Part shown: positions 1 through 10,200 of the stretch, one piece after another
Position numbering within the stretch: the first letter of the stretch is position 1
How the letters are laid out: each line of letters starts with the position of its first letter
Assembly (NCBI GenBank): GCA_025594325.1
Contig: JANHCV010000011.1
Location: forward strand, 1,426,001-1,490,000
Reading direction: 5' to 3'
Source of the DNA: Blastocladiella emersonii ATCC 22665
Taxonomy: Eukaryota; Fungi; Blastocladiomycota
DNA: 64,000 nucleotides
Translations under genes and position numbers: made by a program
The notes under the pieces: generated by a model
Told to the model about the DNA's origin: nothing
Seen by the model: the letters and a program-made list of their open reading frames with translations, nothing else
Database searches by the model: none

Positions 1-64
1 CATCCGCGAGGCTCGGTCGCTGCTTCCCTTAGTCGCTGCGGGTACGGTTGGTTCCGCGGACGAA

Positions 65-703
65 ATGGCTAGGGCGACCGCGACGCGCATCGATCTCGCT
101 GATCTCAAGTTCTGCAACAAGTTCCTCCCGATTGACATGTACATTATGTCGCATCGGTACATGTCAACGCCAGATGACCCTCCGCCGCCGCTGCCACGCC
201 TTACTGTCGACTCGTCCGTGCGCTGGGGACCGCCCACGTACCGCAACACGGCCGCGTTCCAGCGCGCTCGGCTGCACCTTTACCTCGCCCGATGGATGTT
301 CAAGGACGGCAGTGCGGGCCCAGCGACGACCATGTGCGAGTTCTTTGCAGCGTGCTGCTTCTGCCCGAACTGGGGCAAGTCACACTTCATCGCGGGCGAG
401 TACATCCGCGGGCGAATGCTGTCGGCGACGACCGAGGCCTTCAAGACCAAGACGCGGGTGCTGGCCGTCGGCAGCTTTGCGTACGCCGCTTGCTTCAGCC
501 AAGATTACGCGGTCGCTGCCGTGAGCGCCCTCCTCCCGCTAATGTGGACCCCCATCACCATTCCGCGCCCGCTGCCTGTTGGTGATGCGGCAGCTGCGTC
601 GCGGGAGGATATTCAGTTTATCCTTGACCAAGTCATTGCTGCGATCAAGGAGGGCCCGATCCCGCTCAACCTGCCGGAGGTGCTGACCCCGCGCGCTGCT
701 TAA
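65..703 (+). CDS. Hypothetical protein (212 aa, may be incomplete at 5' end)
   Basis: ATG-initiated ORF with C/G-ending codon bias and non-repetitive composition; no family motif recognised. Confidence 0.5.
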   Translation: MARATATRIDLADLKFCNKFLPIDMYIMSHRYMSTPDDPPPPLPRLTVDSSVRWGPPTYRNTAAFQRARLHLYLARWMFKDGSAGPATTMCEFFAACCFCPNWGKSHFIAGEYIRGRMLSATTEAFKTKTRVLAVGSFAYAACFSQDYAVAAVSALLPLMWTPITIPRPLPVGDAAAASREDIQFILDQVIAAIKEGPIPLNLPEVLTPRAA

Positions 704-1152
704 CTTCTGTCGTGATCGAAACGATGCGGGCTGTCCGGGACGGAGGTATTTACTGATCAGGCTTGAATCACGTCGTCTGCTGTCGTTGTACATATCGTAC
801 GGCCACGCCGTACTTGAGAACTGGCCATTGCGCGAGAAGCGGGTAACCATTCAGTTCAAATCAAGTGGCTAAGCCATGTCGTCTGGTTGACGGCCGCGTA
901 CTGGCGCCAGCCCAAGGTCGACAGGGCCACGGGCTTCGAGGCCGCGCGCTCGGACCTGATGGCCGACCTCACGAGCAACAGCTAGTCCTTCAAGCCCGCA
1001 CGAGCTCACGCCGGACTACGGCCTGTAGTGCGGCACGTTGATCGCTGTTCTCAACGTCCTCCTGATGTCTCCAGCGTCTCCCCAGCAACCACCCGAGGTG
1101 CGAGACGCGACGCGCCGCGTGAGGCGCCCGCGTGACCGCGATTTGAGTTTCA

Positions 1153-1173
1153 GCCACGTGGCGCGACGCGTCG
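1153..1173. promoter_or_regulatory. Double palindrome GCCACGTGGC + CGACGCGTCG upstream of kinase-like gene
   Basis: 21-nt GCCACGTGGCGCGACGCGTCG, identical at 59834-59854 upstream of the paralog; contains CACGTG and ACGCGT cores. Confidence 0.45.
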
Positions 1174-1410
1174 GTTTTCGGGTTGGGGATTTGCGCGCTG
1201 TGGGTGTGTGGGCCTCGACGCCGCCCGCCCACGGTCGGCAGTCCTCTCTCTCCTCCTGTTCCTGCAGCCATCCTGGCACTACGAAGCATATTCCACGCAA
1301 CCCGCAACCGCGCACACTGATTCGCGCACCATCTCGCTCGCACTACCCCCTCGCTTCGCCCTTTTGACCTGTCCGACGGGCCGACCTTCACCAACACCAA
1401 CAACTGCGCC

Positions 1411-3701
1411 ATGTTCGGCAACCTGTCCGAGACTTCCTCCTCGCCGCGGTCCGGGCTCGACTCGCAGGCGGCGCACTCTGACGGCCACGGCCACCACGAC
1501 CAACCGCCCGCGCCCGCCGCCACGCTTGCCAACTGCAGCGAGGTGGGCAACGGGAACACGTTCTACCCGGTCATGTCGAACGAGGGCGAGGACGAGGACG
1601 ACGACGACGTGAGCGACGACGACGTGACTTACTACAACGACTCGTACGGCCCTCGCCCGCCGATCGTCTACCACCACGGTATCCGGCATCAGCTGCGGCG
1701 CACCAAGTCCGACTCGACGGCCAGCGACGCGGGCTACGCCACCCTGAGGCCCGACAGCCCGGGCGACGACGAGTCGGACTCTGACGACTCGGGCGACTAC
1801 TTCCTCGGTGACCATGGCCCACGGCCCGCGCACCCCCATCACCATGCGCCGGTGCTGCAGCAGGTCGGTCCCGACGACACCGTGACCGTCGACAAGTGGG
1901 CCAGCAAGTGGGACCAGAACGACAACCCCGACGTGTACGGCATGACCGACGCCGTGGCGGACGCGGAGTACCTCGGCACGGCCAGCAAGTACCGCTACAG
2001 CCGCAAGGTCGTCGGCAAGGGCGCCAACGGCATCGTGTACCTGGCCGTCCCCAAGACGGTGTTCGACCGCGCTGACGGCGTGCCGGGCGTCGCGTACGTT
2101 TGCAAGATCGTGCGCAAGAACATGAACCGCATCGACGCCAACGGCGTCCTCCGCCACGAGCTGCGCGTCATTCGGCTCATCGACCACGTACGCCCTCTGC
2201 CCTTTCCGATTGTGCTAGTGCGGCCACTGCGACGACCATGTCGTGCGCTGCGCATCACTGACGTGTAAACCCGACCTCTTTTCTCACTCCCTCGTCCCCA
2301 CCCACCCACGTGCCCTCGCGTAGGCGCACGTCGTCAAGTTGCACGACTTTGCGGACTCGGGTATCAAATCCTGCATCTACATGGAGATGTACGTCGTCGC
2401 AGCGCGCTCGCTTCTGTCGCCTCCGCCCTCCCTACCCGCACCATCCTCCTGCCACTCGCGATCTTACCCCGCCACTCGAGATCCTCCTCCCACTCGCGAT
2501 CCTCCCCCGCCACTCGATTCGCACCCCATCTCACCGCGCCACCCATCTTTTAGCGCGCTCGGTGGCAACCTGCTCGCGTGGCTGATCAAGAACGGCGGGC
2601 GCGTCTCCGAGCATCGCGCCCAGTACGTGATGCGGCAGCTGGTCGACGGGCTCGGGTACCTGCACTCGAACGGCATCACGCACCGCAACATCAAGCCCGA
2701 GAACGTGCTCGTACGCGGCGGCGACAACGACGATCCGGCCATGCCGTTCGTCCTCCTCGCCGACTACTGGCTCGCCAAGGATAAGCTCGACCAGAACCTC
2801 GACGCGCACATGTTCACGCGCTGGTGCGTAGCGCTATTTTAGACTTATCTGATCACGGTGGTCTTGATCCCGCTGGTTGAACTCCATCACTGACGACGGC
2901 GCGCGTGAATCTAGTGGTACCGACACGTACACGGCCCCCGAAATCCGGCTGCCGGAGCTGTACGTGGAATATGATCGCCGCAGCTCGGTCGACGCGTGGT
3001 CTCTCGGAATGGTACTTGTCGACCTCCTCGGCGGGTGGCAGCCGCTCGCGGGCTCCGTCCAGGAGGCGGTCCGCAAACGGATCTGCGACGGCGACTTCTC
3101 GTTCGCGGGCGAGCTGTGGCTGTCCGAGCAGTGGAACACGGTCTCGGCCCCGGCCAAGAACCTCATCGAGCGCATGCTCTTGCGTAACGGCGACCAGCGG
3201 TGCGTCGTGCTCCTGTTTATCATCGAACCACCGCCCGAGCTCACTGCCGATCTCCCCTCCCCCATTCTTCAATCCCATAGTCCGACCATGGACCAGTGCA
3301 AGGTCGACGCGTGGATCACGGCCGACCTTTCAAGCGCTGTTCTCGCCAAGAACCTGACCGACGCGTCCGTACCCTTCACCGTCGCTGTGCCGTCCGGCTC
3401 GCTGCTGCCTCACTCGGACCCGACCACCACTTCGACGACCACCACTTTGACGACCACCACTTTGACCGCAAGTACGACGCCGGTCGCTGCCTCCAAGTAC
3501 GAGCTCTCGGACACGCTGTCAACGGTCTCGCTATCGGCTGCAACTACGAAATACGCGTCGCTGGCCTCGGCGGTCGAGCCGGGCGAGCGCAAGCGCAAGT
3601 TCGTGTCGGCGTTCGGGCACCAGTCGATGCCGCTGCCGGGCGCGCACAAGAATGCGCGGACAAGCTCGCCCAAGCACCCTCTGCGCGGGCCGGCGGCGTA
3701 G
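1411..3701 (+). CDS. CAMK-like Ser/Thr protein kinase fold, probable pseudokinase; 5 exons (~1411-2187, 2324-2388, 2554-2823, 2915-3200, 3281-3701)
   Basis: GKGANGIVY, VCK, HRNIKPEN, LADYWLAK, GTDTYTAPE, DAWSLG, KNLIERML motifs; GT..AG introns restore the frame. Confidence 0.85.
2451..2520 (+). repeat. Intronic minisatellite, about 4 copies of a ~19-20 nt unit (gccactcgcgatcct...)
   Basis: ccactcgcgatctt / ccactcgagatcct / ccactcgcgatcct / ccactcgattc inside intron 2. Confidence 0.7.
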
Positions 3702-4676
3702 GCCAGAGCCGCGCGGTACAAGCTGGCGAGCCGGCTGGCGGCGGTGTGCTGTCCTGCACATGATGATCTACGGGCGTGACTTAGCGATACACTATAACAG
3801 TTTGCTACTCCACCTTGCGACTGCTTCACCGCCCACGGCGACGCGCGGCGGCGGCCCGTCGCGCTGATTCTGCTGCGCCTCTACGTCGCGTTTCGCTTCG
3901 TGCTTTCGCACACGAGTACTCAACCCGCCTATCCTGCCCGCTTCAACGCGACAAACGTGAATCAGCCAGCAACTGAACGTGAGATGCGCCGCAGCAGGAT
4001 GCGCTGTGCGGTCTCTTCCGCACCTGGCAGGCGCCGCGTCCCGACGAAGCTCGCTCGTAGAGCGCCGTCTCGCTGCGATATTGCCGCACGTGTGTCGGAT
4101 TCGAGTCCTTGACCGCCTGTCGAGAGTCGGCGCAAGCTTCCTTTCGAAAGCCGGAGCAAACCTCGCAGGAACGCTCTTGCCGACCCGACGCGTCTCGACC
4201 AACATGAGCGCCCAACCCGCCGCCTCAGCGCACCATCAGCTCACCAATCACTTCCTCGATCCCATAACGACTCCGCGCCGGTCCTCATCGCGCATTTCGA
4301 CGACTTTGTGTTTCCGCCCTAACCATGTCACACAATTTCACGGTGCTTGTCGTCCAAGCCGTTTGACGCCCACTGATCGTTGAGTTCGCTCGCTCGTTCA
4401 CCACTTCCTTCTCGTCCGTGGCGGGTAAAACATTGTTACCGCGCATTTGTCCCCTCTGATATGCGCCTAGGCCCAACAGCGGCCCTTTCCGTAAATGCGG
4501 CGTGTCATATTTCTCGCCACGGTCGCTGAACTAAGGCCGACGCGTCGCGTTTCAGGTCGCGCCGCTCATCCCATCCACGGCCACCGCCCTCGACCGGCAG
4601 CTGATCACCAGACTTGAAACTCTTCCCGATAGTTTTTTGATCGCCGTGCTGACGACGAGCGGGATACGGCAAATGG

Positions 4677-4729
4677 GCGCCTTGGAATTGATGGTCATAT
4701 GTGCGCCTTGGAATTGATGGGGCATATGA
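4677..4729 (+). repeat. 26-bp tandem duplication
   Basis: gcgccttggaattgatggtcatatgt followed by gcgccttggaattgatggggcatatga. Confidence 0.85.
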
Positions 4730-5275
4730 TCCTTGGTCCCAATGTGAACGAGCTGCGGACCGCGGAGCACAGCAGCCCACTTTCTACCATTTCAAAAGTT
4801 TCAGTTGTCGACGTAATTATCGGGGGACGGTATAGTTCGACGAGACACAGCTCGCGGGAAGCAGGCAGAAAAGGCGAGTCGTCCGCAGTCAATCTCCTAG
4901 CAATGAACGACATCACTTGACTCTGGTTTCTGTAGTGATTCGACCTTTGACATGTCCCATCGTCGACATAAAAGTCTCGTTCCCGTGGCGTCGACGGTCG
5001 GGAGGGCACTGCGCCACCGCGTTGCTCGCCTTGCTTTCGTGCTTCAGTGGCGGTCGGACTTCAGAATTGCTCGCTCCCACGGCGATTTCTTTCGCAATTT
5101 GCTCGACTGATACGTTCCTGACGATTCTTTTGCACTTACTCCTCCATTTCGTCCAAAGAAGAGATCGCAATGTAAGGCTTGATAGTTCATTGTGCTCATC
5201 ACAGCAGCGCAACGTCATTTGTACAAGTTCCTTCCCCTTCCCCTTCCGTCCACTATGCTTGCGCACCTTGCTCTT

Positions 5276-5630
5276 CTAGGCGGTTTCGGCTTGGTTGGCG
5301 AGGTCGGCCTGGGCAGCAGCAGCAGCGAGCTCATGCCTTTTGTCCTCGTGCTTGATGATCATGGTAGAATAGTCGATGCGCAGCTCCTTGGCGTACTTTT
5401 TGATCCATGGATGCCGGATCGCCTCCTCCATGCAGAAACTACGCAACGCGGGTCGCTCAACGATTGCGGTCACCGTTAGGATCAAGCAGTGTACGCACCG
5501 CCTGCCGGGTTTCTTGGCGAGGAGCTCCACGATGAGGTCGACTGCGTCATCGTCCTCGAAGCGGTCCGCCGGCTGGAACATGACGGGGTCGATGCAGATC
5601 TGGTCGCGGAGCTCGATTTCGCTCGGGCAA
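5276..5630 (-). pseudogene. Orphan protein-kinase C-lobe exons (alphaG-alphaI) with no N-lobe nearby
   Basis: Spliced (intron 5439-5498, gtgcgt..ctaac..tag) reads SEIELRDQICIDPVMF...DDAVDLIVELLAKKPGRRFCMEEAIRHPWIKKY; preceded by acceptor tttgccccaacag. Confidence 0.6.
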
Positions 5631-7161
5631 CTGTTGGGGCAAACGAAAAGAAGGCATCGACAGGGTTCGGAATGTCCCAGCCCAAGATATTTCCAACACT
5701 ATTACCAAGTTCAAGAGCAAGCGAGACGAACGAAAGTAAGGCTTTGTACTCGGTGAGCTGGTCGTGCTGCCGAGGGGAGGAAGAGGGGGCACCAATCGCC
5801 CTCGGGGCATTCATGGAATGGCCATGCTTTGCGCAATCGTGTCTGAAGCGATCCACAACGCGATTGAGCTGTTGCAGAAGAAGAAGTTCCTCCCCATCGA
5901 TCCCGACCCCGATGAAGCGGCGCAGTTGGTCCACGGTGATTTCACAATCGTATAAGGCAGATTCCAGCTTCGTAGCAAAGGACATGTTGATCCAGTCACG
6001 GTTCGAGTAGAAGCGCAAAGTGTTGTCGACGATGCACCCGTGGTGGGAATCTCTTGTACTGCCGAAGGCGGCGTACACTGCAGGAATGAGTTCGGGATCC
6101 TTGCTCTGCAAAACGAGCTCGGCATAGTAGACGACATCCCCGTAAACCACTCGCCATCCGTGCTCGTAGAGCCAGTGTAGTTGACCAAGAATCGCGTCAC
6201 GCTGCAGATATTCGGCCCCGATATAAGCCCGAAAAAGGAAGATACCGAAGTAGCTTGACGCATGGTTGATCATAGCCGTGACATCAAAATCGAAGGACAA
6301 ATTCCGAAGCTGGACGACAGCCTGAAAATCCCACTGGCACATGGCGCGCGTCGCGAGATACTGACCGAGTCCGACGCAAGGGTAACCACCCGACCTGATT
6401 GGCCTTGAGCAGTCGTTGAAGGTCTCGCACAGCGACACGGACCATTCGCAGCCGAGGTGGAAGAGGTCGAGCCACCTGCACGTCCAAGGCGAAAGATTAG
6501 GCAAATGGATGCGAAGGCTCGGTGCGAGGTGCTCGACCAGTTCGATTTCGCCCACAAGCACAAGAAACGTCGAGACTTGGACCAGGATCAACGCAGGATG
6601 CCAAGCGGCGGAGCCAGCAGGATCAGCACCGGCGCCTTCAGTTGTTTCCGTGATGTAAGCGGTCCACGCTTCGACTCCATTGATTCCGCGTCGACGGACA
6701 TCCGCTGCGACGGCAGTGACGACGCGGGTGAGATAGCATCGTGAAAGCGGCAACGTCGTTCGAGCAACAAAGTCGTCAGCTAGTTTCGCGGCAGCTCGTG
6801 CCGCGCGATCGGCGTTCAAAAGTCGGGAAAGATATGCGCTCAAGTGTGTAAGGATGGGCTGCGTCGGCCGCGGCCAATAGGGGTACTTGTCAATGCCTTC
6901 GTCGAAAACCGTAACCATGCGGTTGAACGGCTGCGGCCACGTGGGACGCACGTCATTGGCCTCGTTTTCCCGAATAACTTTGTAGCGAAGCCATACGTGG
7001 TGCAAAATGGCATTCGAGGTGACCAAACCGTGAAAGACGCGCGAGGCCGCGACCAGCGCGGACCGTGGCGTCGTGAGCGCGACAACGGACTCGAGGACGT
7101 CGTATGGCAGGTTCGACTGAGGCAGCTTCGACATTGCATAAAGTGGCACAGGTTCATTCAT
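5482..7161 (-). CDS. Intronless 559-aa ORF with N-terminal F-box-like motif; true 3' end uncertain
   Basis: LPYDVLESVVAL...LVAASRVFHGLV...WLRY resembles an F-box; long ORF in a visibly lower-GC region. Confidence 0.6.
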   Translation of the reverse strand: MNEPVPLYAMSKLPQSNLPYDVLESVVALTTPRSALVAASRVFHGLVTSNAILHHVWLRYKVIRENEANDVRPTWPQPFNRMVTVFDEGIDKYPYWPRPTQPILTHLSAYLSRLLNADRAARAAAKLADDFVARTTLPLSRCYLTRVVTAVAADVRRRGINGVEAWTAYITETTEGAGADPAGSAAWHPALILVQVSTFLVLVGEIELVEHLAPSLRIHLPNLSPWTCRWLDLFHLGCEWSVSLCETFNDCSRPIRSGGYPCVGLGQYLATRAMCQWDFQAVVQLRNLSFDFDVTAMINHASSYFGIFLFRAYIGAEYLQRDAILGQLHWLYEHGWRVVYGDVVYYAELVLQSKDPELIPAVYAAFGSTRDSHHGCIVDNTLRFYSNRDWINMSFATKLESALYDCEITVDQLRRFIGVGIDGEELLLLQQLNRVVDRFRHDCAKHGHSMNAPRAIGAPSSSPRQHDQLTEYKALLSFVSLALELGNSVGNILGWDIPNPVDAFFSFAPTVARAKSSSATRSASTPSCSSRRTASRTMTQSTSSWSSSPRNPAGGAYTA

Positions 7162-8638
7162 GGCGATTCATTGGGTTCTGAGGTTCGGGAGGGAGAGCGG
7201 GCGTGAGAAACGCGGCGTCGCGTCTTTTCACCACCGCGTCGCGGCCACACTCACCCCTGGTCGCGCCGCGCTCCGTGCCTTTCCGAGCTGTGCCGCATTA
7301 AACTGCACACAAGATTCCTTCTTCCCGCGAATTTATTGTCCGTGAGACAAGGTTCCTGTACTGCGTGTTATTGCCTTGCGGCACCTGCGCACACGAACCA
7401 AGCTTGCATGCTCGGTCAGGGGCCATCACAATGGCGAACACTGCACGCCGCCCGGCTCGATCCGGACGCCGTTTACCACGCGAGTGTCTCTCTTCCCGAT
7501 GCGTAAGCCCTTGACCTTGGATTGTCAGAGCTCACCCTTGCTGGTGAGCCTGCGTCCTTTCTAGCCCGACACATGTGCTACCGCACCATCCCGTTGAGCA
7601 GCCGACCAGCTGGTTCAATCATTCAAACAACAAAACAGTGCACACGTCAGACTTCGGGACACCCTCGAACTTGGGCCAGTTAGCCTCCCGGTACTCGATC
7701 AAGGTCGGCGAGAAGTGAACGGTTCGGGCGAACATAGTTAGGTTGGCGAGCGAGCGACTGTCAAGAAATTATACTCGATGTCGACCGTCCCCTTGAACGC
7801 GTACTTGTGACAAAGTAGCTCGCCTCGGTCCACGTCATCGTCCACTCGGCGGCGGGTAACCGTGTGTCTGGTGCGGTGCCGGCGTCGTACATTTTTCATT
7901 TTTCGGTCGGAGCGTGAGCCGCGGCAACAAGGGCCGTTCGACACGTTGCTCAACGCAGCCGGTCGCCTTTCGCAACGGCTAGCTTGCCGCTGCGATTCCA
8001 CGATGCCGAGTATCTCATGAGAGGGAATACATCTTGATTTTTTTCGTGTCAGTGCCGTGCTTGAGGCCGAACAGGGGAGCACGGAACGCGGAGCAGCGTA
8101 AGTCGTTTGACATCAGTGAGAGTGCGGTACCCTTCTCCTCCAAGACGCCCAGTGTAGCGAACAAGCCGCAGTTAAAAACTTGTTGACTGCATCCTCGTGT
8201 CGTGGTAAAGTTCCGGGCGCCCTCTCAAGTCCCGTCGCTGGGCTCTCTAAAGCTCGCTGCGTTGCGCGCCGTGGGTTAGTCCGATCCACAACGCTGACTA
8301 AGAAGTGAAGAAAGCTCGTTCATGCATTCCGTCCATCGTACTTGGACCCTCGAGGACAGCGGGCGCTTCGTGAGACAAGGTGCGAGACGCGTCGATCAAT
8401 CACGTGGTGGCTGAGGCGAGCGCGAGTTCACCTTCGAGCTCGTCGATCGACTCCAGCGAGAGGGAGCTCTAAAGCAAGACATCTCATCCATCAGACAGGT
8501 CGTCTCTCGCATAGAGCCGCCCGGAGGCGAATACGTGAGCTGCCGGCCCACGTGATGAAAGTTCAGAGGTCCCTGGCAGATTCGGTGGCGCTCAAGGTCG
8601 TCCGGCTTCGGCTACTCGAGTCTCTTCTCAACGTCAAC

Positions 8639-9848
8639 ATGGTAGGACTAGGCAATGTAGCACTGTATGCAACACCCATGTAACATCCGCGGTAGGCCTC
8701 CTCGAGCTCGGCGACGTGTGGCTCGCTGAATTTGGCCAAGGTGACGCCAGCGTGGACGGCGCAGGGCAGCCAACGCCTCGGCACTCTGCCTTCGGACGTT
8801 TGCGCCGACCTTGCCGCATCCGATCATCCGTGCACCTCGCCGCTATGGCAACGGCTCGCCGAGAAGGCGTTCAATGGTTGCATCGGCGTCCGGAACGCCA
8901 CTAAAGCCGACTCTACGACCGCCATCTTCGTGTGCAGTGTTTCCGACGTCCCCATCATGGTGGCCGAGCCTGTGCTTCTCGAAGACAGCGGTGTCACTTT
9001 GGCGAGCGGCGGTGGCGGCGCTTGGTCTGCTCGCGACTGTCCTGCTTCGGACCCGCTTTGTGGCAGCTCGACAACCGTCTTCCAGCATCCTGTCAGCGGA
9101 TTCTCTCCAGGTCTTGCGCTACTGCACGGCTGTATCTCGAGCACCGACCCGTCCAAGTCAAAATCTCGCGTGTGCCGTTGGCTGACGACCGCTTCGCGAG
9201 ACGGCCAGTTGCCAAACTCGGTCGTGGCGTGCAGCGCGAGCACGAGCGATCCGGTCGATCTCGTCGGGATTCTGAACGTCATGGACGGTTTGGCGGGCAA
9301 TGGTACTTTGCCGTCGTCCGGCGCTCCCGGGTCGACGGGCGGGGTGAACCCCGCTGCTTCGGCTTCGTCCAGCTCGATGTCACTGGTGCTCGGGATTCTC
9401 GGTGGCGTCCTCGCTGTTCTCGTTCTCGTACGTCGGTTTTTGCTTTCACGAGTTCCTCTCTGACGCACATACCTCGTAGGGAGCCGCCGGATTTGTCGTT
9501 CGCCGTCGTCGCAGCTTGGCGAAGCAGTCACACGGCAAGCCGGAGAGCGCCCTGATCCCAGGTCCCGCCGCGGCGAGCCTGGACCCGCCTCACGCACCAT
9601 CGGCTTTCCTTCAAGGCGCGACATCGCGGGCGGCAAGCGAGGAGCTCATCCTCCCTGGCGCGGGCCACTCGGCCGAGGAGCTCATCCTTCCTGGTTCTCT
9701 TCGCCAACCCGACGATGCTCAACAGCTCATTCTGCCCGGCGCGCCCCTGCAACACAGCGAGGCCGACGAGCTCATCCTTCCGGGCGCCGAGTCGAGTCCG
9801 CGTGCTCAGCGCGGTGCACCTGTCCTCCCCGCGGTCGTGACGCGTTAG
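8639..9848 (+). CDS. Single-pass membrane protein, family member A (Cys-rich N-domain, TM, ELILPG-repeat tail); introns 8642-8695, 9428-9479
   Basis: ATG|gtagga..gtag; VCADL..HPC..LW..GCIG, LLHGCI and VCRW motifs shared with 10201 and 26288 genes; TM LVLGILGGVLAVLVL|GAAGFVV then RRRR. Confidence 0.75.
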
Positions 9849-10120
9849 CCTCGGTAACGGCCGGGTCGTTCTGTTCAATAGATTGCACGCATCCGCGTCG
9901 CGTTGTTCACCTCCGCGTGACGCTATTCCGATACAAATCAGTGACATGAAACGGGGTCATTGCAATGGGCACCCGAACGAAGCGCCGTGGCTGACGGCCC
10001 GCCGGTGTGACAGGAGCCGGGCGAGCTGGAGCGCCGGGCACCGCAAAGGTCATCGCCAACGACGCCGTCACATCCTCTCGCAACACGCAACCAACGGGAC
10101 CGCCACCCGACCACACTCTG

Positions 10121-10134
10121 TGCAACGTATCGAC
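10121..10134 (+). promoter_or_regulatory. TGCAACGTATCGAC 5' motif
   Basis: Upstream of ATG 10201; recurs before four other genes. Confidence 0.5.
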
Positions 10135-10200
10135 ACCACGCAGCTGAAGCTTGGCCGCGGCGCCGCCATCGTCACCGACCTCGTCCCGCACAAACCGGCC

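Larger units (their letters stand above)
1100..3830 (+). repeat. Copy 1 of a duplicated kinase-like locus (copy 2 at ~59780-62260)
   Basis: Colinear similarity through upstream region, exons, intron positions and 3' flank (acgggcgtgacttagcgatacact vs acgggcgtgagttagctatacact). Confidence 0.85.

Noticed and set aside
880-986. Coding-like fragment VWLTAAYWRQPKVDRATGF
   Set aside because: Too short, with no supported start or splice link.
4677-4740. CRISPR-like repeat
   Set aside because: Two abutting copies with no spacers, in a eukaryotic context.
7200-8600. Possible tRNA/ncRNA or the missing kinase N-lobe
   Set aside because: No A/B-box cloverleaf or kinase motifs seen; tRNAscan-SE or Infernal would be decisive.
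9883-10200. TTG-started extension of gene B
   Set aside because: Non-coding composition; contains the TGCAACGTATCGAC upstream motif.
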